DNA of 63,590 bases, from positions 1 to 63,590 of the IMG/VR virus record IMGVR_UViG_3300014501_000004; one strand, given 5' to 3'. The notes under the pieces were generated by a model that had not been told where the DNA came from, ran no database searches, and saw only the letters and a program-made list of their open reading frames with translations. Below, in pieces: positions 39,702-49,571 of this stretch (the stretch's first letter is position 1; each line of letters begins with the position of its first letter). The stretch is from a virus (lineage: Duplodnaviria; Caudoviricetes). The translations under genes were made by a program, and so were the position numbers.

Positions 39702-40016
39702 TCAGTGCTTCGGCACGTTGGCGAGCTTCAACTCGGCGACGCCTTGACTGATGTACTTGGTTTCCTGTTCCAGGATCGTAATCGAATTTGTCATCGCATC
39801 TTGCCGACTCACTACCATTTTATTGTCGATACGAATGCTCTCCAGTTGCTCAGTCAGGGTAGCCATCTTACTTGTCGCCAACATGTAACCCGAAATGAAA
39901 CCGCCTGTAGCCACCACCACCGTGACAATGGACGAGATTGACCCGATCGCCACGAGGCTAAATCTGGCAAAGCGCTTGCCATTGGACGAGACCTCTACTG
40001 TTTTATCGTCGAGCAT
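39702..40016 (-). CDS. TM plus coiled-coil protein
   Basis: Single hydrophobic helix then heptads. Confidence 0.6.
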   Translation of the reverse strand: MLDDKTVEVSSNGKRFARFSLVAIGSISSIVTVVVATGGFISGYMLATSKMATLTEQLESIRIDNKMVVSRQDAMTNSITILEQETKYISQGVAELKLANVPKH

Positions 40017-40258
40017 TTGGCGATCGTCTCCCGTTGCACATCGTTAGACAAACGCAGCGCTCGTTCCAAATGTTGCCCATCCAGCGCCTTCACCGCTTCA
40101 TTGATCTGATCGCAGTTCGGCGGCGGGACGGGCTCGGTTTTGTTGTGCCTGTGATGAGGGCGATAGTGTGGCTCCCACGGCCAGCGAAACGTCGAGGCAT
40201 CTGCCGTCGAGGCGGCCACCAAGATCAAAAGCGTGATCGCAAAAGGGCGCATCATCAC
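39995..40258 (-). CDS. Signal-peptide protein
   Basis: AITLLILVAASTADA; two Cys. Confidence 0.6.
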   Translation of the reverse strand: MMMRPFAITLLILVAASTADASTFRWPWEPHYRPHHRHNKTEPVPPPNCDQINEAVKALDGQHLERALRLSNDVQRETIAKCSTIKQ

Positions 40259-40656
40259 CGCCTCGGCAGGCTATCAACCTGCGCCTGCAGACGATGGAGT
40301 TGATCGGATGTATTCGCCACCTGCACGGATAGGCCGCTCTGGATCGCATTTGTTCTGGACTGCTCGTCCACCATTTTGCTGATCTGGACCCAGACTTTTA
40401 CCTGTCCGTCCTTCAATTCGGCCAATCCGTCGTGCTGGTTTATTTGAAGTGCGGCCAAACCATCCCGTTGCCCGGTTCTCAGATCATTGATGACCCAGCC
40501 CAGTCCTCCAATCGTAATCGTAAAGAGAGCAGGCATCACGAAACGGGCAACCGAGATCATGACCGTGGAGTCGATGATCTTTCGGAACGGCGCATCGCTA
40601 GCCGGTACGTTTACGGTATCCTGCGGAGCGTGGTTATCTGGCATTCCATCGGCCAC
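40255..40656 (-). CDS. TM plus coiled-coil protein
   Basis: Single TM then heptads. Confidence 0.6.
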   Translation of the reverse strand: MADGMPDNHAPQDTVNVPASDAPFRKIIDSTVMISVARFVMPALFTITIGGLGWVINDLRTGQRDGLAALQINQHDGLAELKDGQVKVWVQISKMVDEQSRTNAIQSGLSVQVANTSDQLHRLQAQVDSLPRR

Positions 40657-40659
40657 AAT

Positions 40660-40959
40660 TCACCCGCTCCCGACGTTGCTGTTTTCCTGAGACGGATCGT
40701 TGTGCGACGTGGCGCGATCAAGCCACTTTTGCGTTTCTGCGTCGCTCCAGCCGGGAACAGCGAAGCCCTCGGTCGCAAGCGCGCTCGCCGCCTCGCTATG
40801 GCTCATGCCGGTCGCCATCTTGGCGCCAATGGCCGAGGCTACCTGCCCGACGATGTTGCCGACAACCCCGCCGACCTGAATTAGCGACGGGATGAGCGAC
40901 AGCAGCAGGCTCCATTCGGCCGGCGACATCGCTGCAATGAGGCCGAGCAGCCCGATCAT
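40660..40959 (-). CDS. Hydrophobic hypothetical protein
   Basis: Tightly packed ORF. Confidence 0.6.
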   Translation of the reverse strand: MIGLLGLIAAMSPAEWSLLLSLIPSLIQVGGVVGNIVGQVASAIGAKMATGMSHSEAASALATEGFAVPGWSDAETQKWLDRATSHNDPSQENSNVGSG

Positions 40960-40960
40960 A

Positions 40961-41293
40961 TCAGCCGCCCTGCTTGATCAGCTGCTCGATTTCGAGCACG
41001 CGGGAGGGGATGTCAGTACCGGGAGCGGTCAAGGTCATGGCGAGTGCCGCGGCCGACTGCGGCAGACCTTGCTCGGTGACAAGTTTCATCACGAGTTCGT
41101 TTTCTACCGCGGGGTTGCCAGTGAACTGCAGGAGTTGCGAGCAGATTGCCATTTCCGCCGACTGGTTCGGATTCGACGCGAGGCCGATGCTTTGCAAGAT
41201 GCTCGGCATGGAGGTAGACGAGACGCCAGCGGCAGTCAGTGCCGTGGTAAGGCCGGATAAGGTTGATCCGACAGAAGTCCAATTGATAGCCAT
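40961..41293 (-). CDS. Hypothetical protein
   Basis: AAGGA RBS before MAINWTS. Confidence 0.65.
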   Translation of the reverse strand: MAINWTSVGSTLSGLTTALTAAGVSSTSMPSILQSIGLASNPNQSAEMAICSQLLQFTGNPAVENELVMKLVTEQGLPQSAAALAMTLTAPGTDIPSRVLEIEQLIKQGG

Positions 41294-41579
41294 ATTCTTA
41301 TTTCCTTGCGGCGGTTGAAATTGCCCGGCAACCGGCAGGCTCGGGTTTAGCGATTGGTGATGGAAGCGCGAATCATCATGGCGGGGACCGTCGCGATCGA
41401 AGCCCGGCATCACGGCGTTTTCTGCTGCGCACTGACCACCGCAAACGCGGCATTGAGTGCGTCGAGGACAACTTTCGCCAGTGCCTCGTCCGGCACCATG
41501 GAGCTATCGAACGAGCTGTAATCGTTGATAGCGACTCGTGCCGCGGCAACAGCCGCGTCGATAGCTTCCTGGCTTGGAG

Positions 41580-41945
41580 TCATTTGGTTACCTCGTTGGC
41601 TGCGGCGACGATCGCGGTTTTGGTTTCGGGCGGGATCGGGGTGTTCGGATCTTTGACGGCAGCGAGTACCGCTGGGGCCTGATTGGTGACCTTGGCCGAA
41701 TTACTGGCGAATCGGGCCATGACCGCGCCGATGATCGGAAAGGCAACCACGAGGATTTGCCACATCGACGTCGCACCGTGAACGACCTGGCTGAGTCCGT
41801 TGAAAATCTCGTTCAGGGCGTCGGTGAAGCCCTTTTGCTGCGCGGCCGACATCAGGCCGATGCCACCGACGAACCCTGCGGCGATACTGGCATAGTTCCG
41901 TCCCGAGGCCAGAAGCCTGCCGACCGTCTCGCTTGATAGCGCCAT
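41580..41945 (-). CDS. Holin-like membrane protein
   Basis: Two hydrophobic segments directly after the endolysin; AAGGAG RBS. Confidence 0.5.
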   Translation of the reverse strand: MALSSETVGRLLASGRNYASIAAGFVGGIGLMSAAQQKGFTDALNEIFNGLSQVVHGATSMWQILVVAFPIIGAVMARFASNSAKVTNQAPAVLAAVKDPNTPIPPETKTAIVAAANEVTK

Positions 41946-41997
41946 GTGATGCTCCTTACGGTTGCGGAAACTGCCACATTTACCGGAACCCGGCAAG

Positions 41998-42624
41998 TCA
42001 GAAGGCCAGGTAGACCGCCTTCCAGCGCCGCAGCCACGTAATCCGGTCGGAAAGGCCCGTGTAGCCGCCGTTCAAGTGCTTGGTAACCATGGCGATATTG
42101 TCGGCCTTGGCCCACGGCAGGCAGCCGCACAGGATGAAATCGGCCACCCCACATTCGAGGAACCAGTGGGGGTCGTTGACGAGATCCGGGGTCTTGAGAA
42201 GGTCGAGGTTCAGCTTCGCGCCAAGAGCCTTGTAGCCGTCGTGCCCGGTGGTCTGGGTCGCGCCCCGGCCGCGGTAATTCCAGCCGTCGTTCGAGTTGGC
42301 CGCGTTGCCCATTCTACCCCCATAGACCTTGTTGGCGAGCAGTTGCGGGTTGTGGGCGTAGGGGATCGCAGCGTTGACGTTCGGGAAGCGCGAAGGCCAC
42401 ACCTCGCACATCCTGGGCGCCGAGTAGTTCAGGTTCTCGACCACCTCCATCCCGGCGTTACATTCGAGACTAATCTGCGCCATCAAGTGCGCGATCACCA
42501 GCGAAGGCTCGATTCCGTATTTCGAAAATACAGTCGGCGCGGCCCGGGCGATGCCGTCGCGCAGGCCGGGGATCAGCCGGTCGCCCTCGGGCCAGAGGTT
42601 GTAAAGGGAGTTGATGAAGGCCAT
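41998..42624 (-). CDS. GH19 (chitinase-like) endolysin
   Basis: AQISLE, ENLNY, YRGRGATQTTG, LNGGYTGLSDR. Confidence 0.9.
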   Translation of the reverse strand: MAFINSLYNLWPEGDRLIPGLRDGIARAAPTVFSKYGIEPSLVIAHLMAQISLECNAGMEVVENLNYSAPRMCEVWPSRFPNVNAAIPYAHNPQLLANKVYGGRMGNAANSNDGWNYRGRGATQTTGHDGYKALGAKLNLDLLKTPDLVNDPHWFLECGVADFILCGCLPWAKADNIAMVTKHLNGGYTGLSDRITWLRRWKAVYLAF

Positions 42625-42845
42625 TATTTTTTCTCCGGTTCGTCCTTCGGCTTTTCCAGTTCCTTGATCTTGGCGTTCGCCTTGGCGAGTTCGGCCTGCA
42701 CGCCGATCAGGCTGGCGCTGCAGTTCAACCCGCCTTGGATTTCCTGCATCAGCTTTGCGCCGAGGGCTTGCTCGCTTGGCGTTTGTTGCTGGGCCAGCGC
42801 GGATGTTGCCGTCAACAAAGCTAGCCCGATGATAAATGCTCTCAC
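42624..42845 (-). CDS. Signal-peptide coiled-coil protein (copy 2)
   Basis: MRAFIIGLALLTATSALA/QQ. Confidence 0.75.
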   Translation of the reverse strand: MRAFIIGLALLTATSALAQQQTPSEQALGAKLMQEIQGGLNCSASLIGVQAELAKANAKIKELEKPKDEPEKK

Positions 42846-43029
42846 TTGCGGTTCTCCATAATTTTAATCCGTTACCCAAGTTGTTCCGTTGCAATAGACC
42901 GACCCGTGAACCGCCCCACCGCCTGTTGCGTTAGTGAGAAAGGTTGGGGCCAACAAATCGGCAGTCCCGGCGTCAGTTTTACCGTCTCGGACGGATTGCG
43001 GCAGAACTCGCCATAGGTGCGGGGCTGGG

Positions 43030-43260
43030 TCATTCCTTTTTCTCCGTCGGCTTGGTTTCCAGTTCGCTGATCTTCTTTTGGGCGTCCGCGAGTTGCTTCT
43101 GTAAGCTCTCGATCACCCTGCCCTGCTGCACCAGCGTCTGTGCCCATGTGCCGATCACGCCGTTGATTTGCAGCGCGGTTTCGGGAGGGGAAGGCTGGCC
43201 CTGTTGGGCGAGCGCAGGAAGTGGCAGCAGGAGGATCAGGCCGGCGATGAATGCTCTCAC
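43030..43260 (-). CDS. Signal-peptide coiled-coil protein (copy 1)
   Basis: MRAFIAGLILLLPLPALA/QQ; shares a 28-bp repeat with copy 2. Confidence 0.75.
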   Translation of the reverse strand: MRAFIAGLILLLPLPALAQQGQPSPPETALQINGVIGTWAQTLVQQGRVIESLQKQLADAQKKISELETKPTEKKE

Positions 43261-43312
43261 TTGCGGTTCTCCAGCTTTGCGATGCGGGTTTCAAAATTGT
43301 CGTTTTCGCCTT

Positions 43313-46300
43313 TTAGCTGCATGTACCACCTGTTCCTGTTGCTGCCGTGATGATTCCACCCTTGATCGTGATACTAGCGATAACTGTTAACGCGCCAGAG
43401 CATGTCACGCCCTTTGTGCCGCCAGCATAGAATACCGTACCAGCAGAGATTTCCGCGCCGCCGTAGATTGCGCCAAGTGCACCCAATCCACCACTTAATG
43501 TTATAGAACCCGTCGAAGTTGATGTAGAAGCCACCGTTGAACCAAATTGTATGGAGCTATCGACATATTTGATATTGATCGCATTGCCGACTGCAAAGTT
43601 ATATAATGAAAAATCGGTGGAGGCATTACTACCGCCGATCAGCGAAGAAAGTTCGCCGACACCCCAACGCGCGGTGCCATTGCGGTAAAAGGTTAATGCA
43701 CTGCCACTGCCTGTACCGCTTGAACCGTACAAGTTTATATTATTATTTTGGCTATTCGCAGTTCCACCGGGACCCATGTTAAAAGCATTCCCGTAGCCCG
43801 TCAGTGTCACAACACCAGAAGCACTGAGCGACGTAAACGATCCTGCCAGTGGCGTTGTGGCACCGATGATGACATTGTTGATATTGTTACCGCCTCCCGA
43901 AATTGTTCCGCCAAGCGTGAAGGCAGGGATAGTACCGGCAGATGAGGGTGAACCAAGCGCGCCACCGTTGACGACGAATGATCCGGCAGTCCCGACATTT
44001 ATGCCGAGCGCGGTCAAAGTCCCGGTGCCGGTCGTTATTGTAGACGACGCTTGCAAACCGCCGCCAATCACAAGGGCATTGGAGGTTAGAGCAGCGGCGC
44101 TGGTAACGCAGGTAGCGCACCCGATGGTGCCGGTGGTCGTGATTGTGCCACCAGTGATCGGGCTTGTGGTCGCGATGCTGGTTACGCCCGTCCCGGTAGG
44201 TGTGCCCCACGTCCCATCGCCGCGCCAGAACGTCGAAGATGACGCGGATGTGCCGCTGTTCAGATTGGTCACGGGAAGATTGCCGGTGACGTCGGCCGAG
44301 AGGGAAACCGCGGTAAAGGATGGGATGCCCGCAGCATTGCCATGTAGAACCGTCGTGGTCGTTCCGAGCGAGCCTAGCGTAGCTGGTGTCGTTCCAGCGC
44401 CGCCGCCAACCATAAGCTGATTTGCGGCCAGTAGTGCCGAGGATGCAATCGTGGTCGCGCCGCTAAAATAGGGAATGCCGCCGCTGGTGCCGGAAGCAAT
44501 ACCCGTGCCCCCGCGCCCGACAGCAAGCGTACCTGTCCATCCCGCAGTGATCGACGCTGCTGCAAGCAATGCCGTGCTTGGCGATCCACCAAGCGTCAGC
44601 GTGACGTTGGTGTCGTCAGTTTTGGTAAGCGCTGCGCCGCTGGTGATCGCCGATGCCGGGCACGAAAGCGCCCCCGCCGCCGTCAGCGCGCATCCGGTGA
44701 TCGACTTCGGTAGCGGATCGGCGCCAGTCTGTCCAACTACCAGTTGCCCATCGGTCATCGCGGCCGTCGCATTGAGTGCGGCGGTGCCTTCGCCAATCAA
44801 AATGCCGCCTAAAAGTATTGTCCTGCGCCCTGTCCCCCCCTGGTTAACAGGCAACGCATTCCCAAGCGCGAGAGAGTCGATATATTGCCCGCCCCAATAT
44901 GCACCCTCGGTGCCGGACAGAACACTGTTGGCATCGGAGTACATGGTGCCGCTGCCATCTGCGATCAGGTTCTGGAACGAATAGGTATCGCCAGCTGCTG
45001 GAAAGGTGCTTTCCAGCCTAATCATGGAACGGCTATAGCCGTTCGTCGCCGCTAACTTGGATGTTAGCGTGCCGTTGACTGTAACGCTGCGCGCAGCAAC
45101 TACCTTAAGCCAGTCGCGCTGATAAAGCGTGCCGTTTCCAAGGCCCCAAGCGTTACCGCCGATAATCTGAAGATTACCGAATTTGTAGGTGGCTCCGACG
45201 AGAAAATCCGCGCCGGTGTTGGTGGTGTTCCAGTTGCTCTCGCCGTGCGGCGCAACAAACGTCACCGAACCGACAGGCGTTCCGGTGCTCGGACCGTCAA
45301 GCGTGACTGATCCGGCCTGGGTGCCGCCTTCGGATGCATACTGCACATTGTTGAACTGGACCGAAAGCGGGTCGCCTTGAATCTGGATCGCTGTGCCGAC
45401 CGATATAAATTGCCCATCATCCATCACGATAGGGCCGGAGTTGGTCAGTGATCCACCACCATTTCCGATTGCCAGTGCAGGCGCTACTTGAGCGTTACCA
45501 TAGTTGTTAATACCAACAATCTGCCCGCTGCCTTGAATTGAGTACGCGGACCCCGTACCGAGTGCAAAAGCAATGGTGTTTTCGAGCGTGCAGAAGATGC
45601 AATTCCAAATGCGAATGCCGATGCCAGTGCCGTTGGCATCGGCACGAAGATTCTTGATGATGATGTTGTTGACGCTGCCGCTACCGATGTTGGAGAAAAT
45701 GTCGATGGCGTTGACGTTGTTGGGGGACGTTATTACCGATCCGGGCTGCGTAAAAGATGGAGTGCCAGAGCCATCTCCAAGCAATGTCAGCCCTGCAACA
45801 TCCTGCACGATAACGTTGCCTGCATATCCACCTGTCGTGGTACAAGCGGGAAAATAAACAATACCTTTAGACGGGGCGGCGGCGGCAATTGCTGCAGAAA
45901 ACGCAGTGGTATTGGCCGCGGCAGAGGCCGCGCATGACGCACCGTAGCCGACGACGTTAAACACATTTTGTGCGTTTGTCCCCGGCGGCAGCACGTTTGT
46001 ATTTCCAAGCACGCCGTTGTTGTTATAAAATAGGTACTGATTGATGCCACCTCCTATCGTCGTGACGCCAACCTGAAGGCCCGCGATCGTGCCGCCCGGC
46101 GTGTAGCAGGTGCCGTTGGCACATAGTTGCAAGGGTTGCGGAGTATCTGTTCCGTAATTTTGCAGCGTGATCCTGCCGCCGCCGGTATCGGTGACGCCCA
46201 TGCACAACGTCTGTCGGCCCGCCGCCGTGATCCGTTGGGAGTTAGTGCAGATGCCGTTGAATCCGTTGTTCGTCACCCCGAACGACGAGATCGGGCTGTC

Positions 46301-46450
46301 GGCCGACGTCACGCCGCCGCCGATCACGCCGGACGAGATGTACCACGGCACGGTGTTCGGCGTGACGTTGCCCGACTGCACGACAGATTTCTGCTGCGCG
46401 AACGCCGCGGTCGACAACAGCGCAAATACAAGAGCAAGGCGCAGACGCAT
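43313..46450 (-). CDS. Tailspike/tail-fibre-like protein with beta-helix region and N-terminal signal peptide
   Basis: [15 protein letters not shown]...GIVYFP pectate-lyase-like start; Gly/Thr/Ser fibre repeats (LAVGRGGTG). Confidence 0.8.
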   Translation of the reverse strand: MRLRLALVFALLSTAAFAQQKSVVQSGNVTPNTVPWYISSGVIGGGVTSADSPISSFGVTNNGFNGICTNSQRITAAGRQTLCMGVTDTGGGRITLQNYGTDTPQPLQLCANGTCYTPGGTIAGLQVGVTTIGGGINQYLFYNNNGVLGNTNVLPPGTNAQNVFNVVGYGASCAASAAANTTAFSAAIAAAAPSKGIVYFPACTTTGGYAGNVIVQDVAGLTLLGDGSGTPSFTQPGSVITSPNNVNAIDIFSNIGSGSVNNIIIKNLRADANGTGIGIRIWNCIFCTLENTIAFALGTGSAYSIQGSGQIVGINNYGNAQVAPALAIGNGGGSLTNSGPIVMDDGQFISVGTAIQIQGDPLSVQFNNVQYASEGGTQAGSVTLDGPSTGTPVGSVTFVAPHGESNWNTTNTGADFLVGATYKFGNLQIIGGNAWGLGNGTLYQRDWLKVVAARSVTVNGTLTSKLAATNGYSRSMIRLESTFPAAGDTYSFQNLIADGSGTMYSDANSVLSGTEGAYWGGQYIDSLALGNALPVNQGGTGRRTILLGGILIGEGTAALNATAAMTDGQLVVGQTGADPLPKSITGCALTAAGALSCPASAITSGAALTKTDDTNVTLTLGGSPSTALLAAASITAGWTGTLAVGRGGTGIASGTSGGIPYFSGATTIASSALLAANQLMVGGGAGTTPATLGSLGTTTTVLHGNAAGIPSFTAVSLSADVTGNLPVTNLNSGTSASSSTFWRGDGTWGTPTGTGVTSIATTSPITGGTITTTGTIGCATCVTSAAALTSNALVIGGGLQASSTITTGTGTLTALGINVGTAGSFVVNGGALGSPSSAGTIPAFTLGGTISGGGNNINNVIIGATTPLAGSFTSLSASGVVTLTGYGNAFNMGPGGTANSQNNNINLYGSSGTGSGSALTFYRNGTARWGVGELSSLIGGSNASTDFSLYNFAVGNAINIKYVDSSIQFGSTVASTSTSTGSITLSGGLGALGAIYGGAEISAGTVFYAGGTKGVTCSGALTVIASITIKGGIITAATGTGGTCS

Positions 46451-46452
46451 GA

Positions 46453-46941
46453 TTACGATCCTATCGAGAGGTCGATTCCGACAGCATAAATGTCAGCCGT
46501 CGCAGGCACGCCCTGCGGCGTCGTCAGCGAGAAGATGATCTGACTGGTCGGCAGCAACGCGGTCGAAAATCGCGCCGACAAAGCAAACGCCGTCAGCGTC
46601 GCGTTCAGCAACAGGTTCGCAGTCGTCAGCGCCGAGTACACCTGCCCGGCCGCCACGATGGCGCTTCCCGCTTTCGAGAACTGCGGATAAAACCCGCCGA
46701 CCGCCGTCGTCAGCGAGACCGAGGCATTGGTGATGATCAGCCCGGTAAGCTGGAAAGCAGTGATGGTATTCGGGATATTGATCGGCTGATCGCCCGTGTT
46801 GTTGAAGTCGGCGCCTTGCAGGACGGCCAGCACGCGCTGGGACGCAATCTGCGGGCCGGCGTCGGCGATCACACCGGACGTGATCCACTTCGCCAGATGA
46901 CCGGGAGTGACGTTGCCTGACTGCTGTACGGTGCCGCCCAC
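46453..46941 (-). CDS. Putative tail structural protein
   Basis: GTG start overlapping the upstream TAG; N-terminus VQQSGNVTP similar to the tailspike. Confidence 0.65.
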   Translation of the reverse strand: MGGTVQQSGNVTPGHLAKWITSGVIADAGPQIASQRVLAVLQGADFNNTGDQPINIPNTITAFQLTGLIITNASVSLTTAVGGFYPQFSKAGSAIVAAGQVYSALTTANLLLNATLTAFALSARFSTALLPTSQIIFSLTTPQGVPATADIYAVGIDLSIGS

Positions 46942-47234
46942 TATTTTCTCCGAACGATCCAGTTGATGGCCAGGATGAGAATTCCGTACAGCGTCAGCGA
47001 CGTGATCTGGTACACGTCGGGTTTCGGCGTCAGGAACCAAAGGTAGAAACACGAAGCGATTGTCAGCAGGCTGAACAGGTCGGTCGCCGCCGTCAGCGCC
47101 CGCTGCGACAGCGCCTTCAGCCCGATGGTCAGCATGGCGATCGCCACGCCGTTATCGGGTGCGGGCGGAGGTTTTACCGCTTCAGTTTCCGTTCCGCCGA
47201 CTATCTCGAAGCCCGGGTTCGTCGCTGCCATCAT
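46941..47234 (-). CDS. Membrane protein
   Basis: Two C-terminal TM segments. Confidence 0.65.
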   Translation of the reverse strand: MMAATNPGFEIVGGTETEAVKPPPAPDNGVAIAMLTIGLKALSQRALTAATDLFSLLTIASCFYLWFLTPKPDVYQITSLTLYGILILAINWIVRRK

Positions 47235-47448
47235 GGTTCTCCGCGGTCGTGATCCGGTCGGCAAAATTGCCGAAATTGGGTAGTCCGTCGTCAGAGTCGT
47301 CCTTGCCGAGCCCCTTCATCTTCTGGACGTAATAGGGCACCAGCGCCTTGAAGGCGTCGATCTTGATGTCGAGGTCGGTCGCTTCGTTCCGCGCACCCTT
47401 GGCGATCTCGGTGGCGAGAGCGTCCATTTCCTCGATGAAGGCGGTCAC
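47182..47448 (-). CDS. Hypothetical protein
   Basis: GTGA overlap with the upstream gene. Confidence 0.6.
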   Translation of the reverse strand: MTAFIEEMDALATEIAKGARNEATDLDIKIDAFKALVPYYVQKMKGLGKDDSDDGLPNFGNFADRITTAENHDGSDEPGLRDSRRNGN

Positions 47449-49571
47449 GGTCCTTGCCTCTGATCCATCGCCTCGCCTGCGGATTGCCCGCCCATAGCCC
47501 CCAGTCTAGCACTCATGCCTGCGATATTGCCAGCTTGGTCCGCTTTCGGGTTGACTCGGGGCGAAATCACGCCGCTTCGCAGCATTTTAGCGGCATCTTC
47601 AGGTACGTTCGTCGTGAACAATATTTGGGAAATTCGCTCGTTCAATTTTGGATTTTCCTTGGTATCAAGGGTTCGCATGAACGACCACGCTCCCTTGAGA
47701 ACTCCCATCATATTGCCGCTTGCCACTTGCCCGGCCATCTTGCCCATGTGCAACATGGCCTCGTCATTCGAAGCGGATTCTTCAGCAAGCCGCCCTGCTG
47801 TTGGGGACATGCCGACCATCCGCACTCCTCGATCAAACATTTGTCGTTCGGTCGTTACTGCATCCACGAAATGGTCGTAGTCAGACCTGTTCTCGAAAAC
47901 TGGACGCAACAGTTTTTCGGTCCAGTTGTTTCGCACCAGTAGTTTCGCCTCGTCGGCGTTGAAGCCTGCACGGCCAATTTTCTCGCGCATAATGTCAGCG
48001 ACGCCCATGCGAAAGAACTCACGATCGCCTGGAGACATTGTTTTTATTTCTGCAGCCATTTCTTCGGGGTTCGCTTTGAAAACGGCTTTCCCCATCTTAA
48101 CCGCATCCATAGCAGAGGAATACCCCGCCCACGTCTGGCGAGCCTTTTTATAAAGACCAGAAGTATCGGCTTGGTCGATGGCTTCGACATACGCTTTTCG
48201 TAATCCGTTGAGCGAAACGCCTTCTTCGCTTAATCGCCCGGTAATAGGATCGCGCGCAGCCGAGACCGCCGCGTCCAATCCCTTCTTCGCCATGTTAAGT
48301 AGGCGCATGTTCGGGACACCTAGTATTTTGGTGCTTCCGTCAATACCGATATCGACACCCATCTGACTCGCAGTAATAGGATGCCCTTCGGCAAGCGAAT
48401 CCCGGCTTTCCAGTTCGTAGCCTTTCTGCAACCCCTTTTTAAGATCGGGATGATCGAAGAACTGTTGCAGTCGCGGGCTCCACACGTTCTGCAACTTGTT
48501 GACTTCTTCGTAAAGCGGGCGTGACGCTGTTGTCCGCGCTTCCAAAAGCCCTTGAGTAGCCTGAAAAGCGGTCGGGCCAGATGTAACGTATTGGGAAATA
48601 TCCTGATCCAGTCGAGCGGCAGCCTGCGGGTCTCTGCCCTCTTTGCCGCGCAAAAACGCTTGCGCTACCGCACGTGAATCTCCCGGCTGCCGAGCAACGT
48701 GCCCGGCCAGCCCCTCCACGTTGCCGCCTTCGATGCCGGTGTCGAATAACGCAATCGGCTTGCTGGCGGCGTTAACGAGATCGAGTGCATCAGCCGCTGA
48801 CGGCCCGCCCGCCTTGGCATCCTGCTTGAACTGCTTGAGAATATTGACCACCGCATCTGACGTCAAATTGTCGGGATGGGTTCGTGCGAGATAACTGCCC
48901 CAGCCGGTCAGCGCGCCCGCCGCAGCGCCGCCCGCGCCGCCAATCGCACCGCCTAGCATGCTGCCGAGGCCTAACTCAGCCAGCTTCTTCTTAGCAAACT
49001 GTTCAGGATTGGATTCGGGCATCAACACGCCCGCAACGCCGCCACCCATTGTCCCGGCTGCCGTTGTCTCAGTGGCCAACTTCAGCCCCGGACTAAGCAC
49101 GCGACGTGCAAGGGGCTCGACAATTACTTCGCCAGTTTTAGCGCCGAGCCCGCCCATCAGGAAATTAGCGGGGCTCAATATCTCGCCGGTCATGCGCGCC
49201 CAATCGACATTCTTGCTACCACCGCGTTCTTTCTGGATTTGCTCCTCGCGTTCTCTGGTAAATTGATCGATCTGATCCGTTGTCGGAGGGGTATGAACAT
49301 GTTCCCCACGCGATTCGCGTTTTGCTCGTATTTTTGCATCGCCGGGAGTATCGCCCGGCAAGACGTGCGCGCCCAATTGCCCCAAGCCGATCAACGGATC
49401 TTCCATGCCGCGGCCAAATTGCTGCATCGTTGTAGTTTTATCGCGATGCTCTTCGGCGTAAGACTTCATCGCCTTGTCTACGGCAGTCATGGGGGTGCCT
49501 GCGGGGAACTCGTGTTTCACCCCGTCGGCAGTTATGATGGGTGCGTTTCCGTCGTAGACGTCATCCGCCAT
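47445..49571 (-). CDS. Putative DNA ejection/internal virion protein
   Basis: 708 aa, helical, Gly-rich hydrophobic patch; podovirus synteny. Confidence 0.6.
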   Translation of the reverse strand: MADDVYDGNAPIITADGVKHEFPAGTPMTAVDKAMKSYAEEHRDKTTTMQQFGRGMEDPLIGLGQLGAHVLPGDTPGDAKIRAKRESRGEHVHTPPTTDQIDQFTREREEQIQKERGGSKNVDWARMTGEILSPANFLMGGLGAKTGEVIVEPLARRVLSPGLKLATETTAAGTMGGGVAGVLMPESNPEQFAKKKLAELGLGSMLGGAIGGAGGAAAGALTGWGSYLARTHPDNLTSDAVVNILKQFKQDAKAGGPSAADALDLVNAASKPIALFDTGIEGGNVEGLAGHVARQPGDSRAVAQAFLRGKEGRDPQAAARLDQDISQYVTSGPTAFQATQGLLEARTTASRPLYEEVNKLQNVWSPRLQQFFDHPDLKKGLQKGYELESRDSLAEGHPITASQMGVDIGIDGSTKILGVPNMRLLNMAKKGLDAAVSAARDPITGRLSEEGVSLNGLRKAYVEAIDQADTSGLYKKARQTWAGYSSAMDAVKMGKAVFKANPEEMAAEIKTMSPGDREFFRMGVADIMREKIGRAGFNADEAKLLVRNNWTEKLLRPVFENRSDYDHFVDAVTTERQMFDRGVRMVGMSPTAGRLAEESASNDEAMLHMGKMAGQVASGNMMGVLKGAWSFMRTLDTKENPKLNERISQILFTTNVPEDAAKMLRSGVISPRVNPKADQAGNIAGMSARLGAMGGQSAGEAMDQRQGP

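Noticed and set aside
41252-41262. Third copy of the IS terminal repeat (CCGGATAAG)
   Set aside because: Partial match inside an intact gene, lacking the terminal CATG, a partner end and a TSD.
42831-43322. Diversity-generating retroelement or invertible tail shufflon
   Set aside because: No reverse transcriptase or adenine-variable repeat pair; the repeats are direct, not inverted, and the resolvase is distant.
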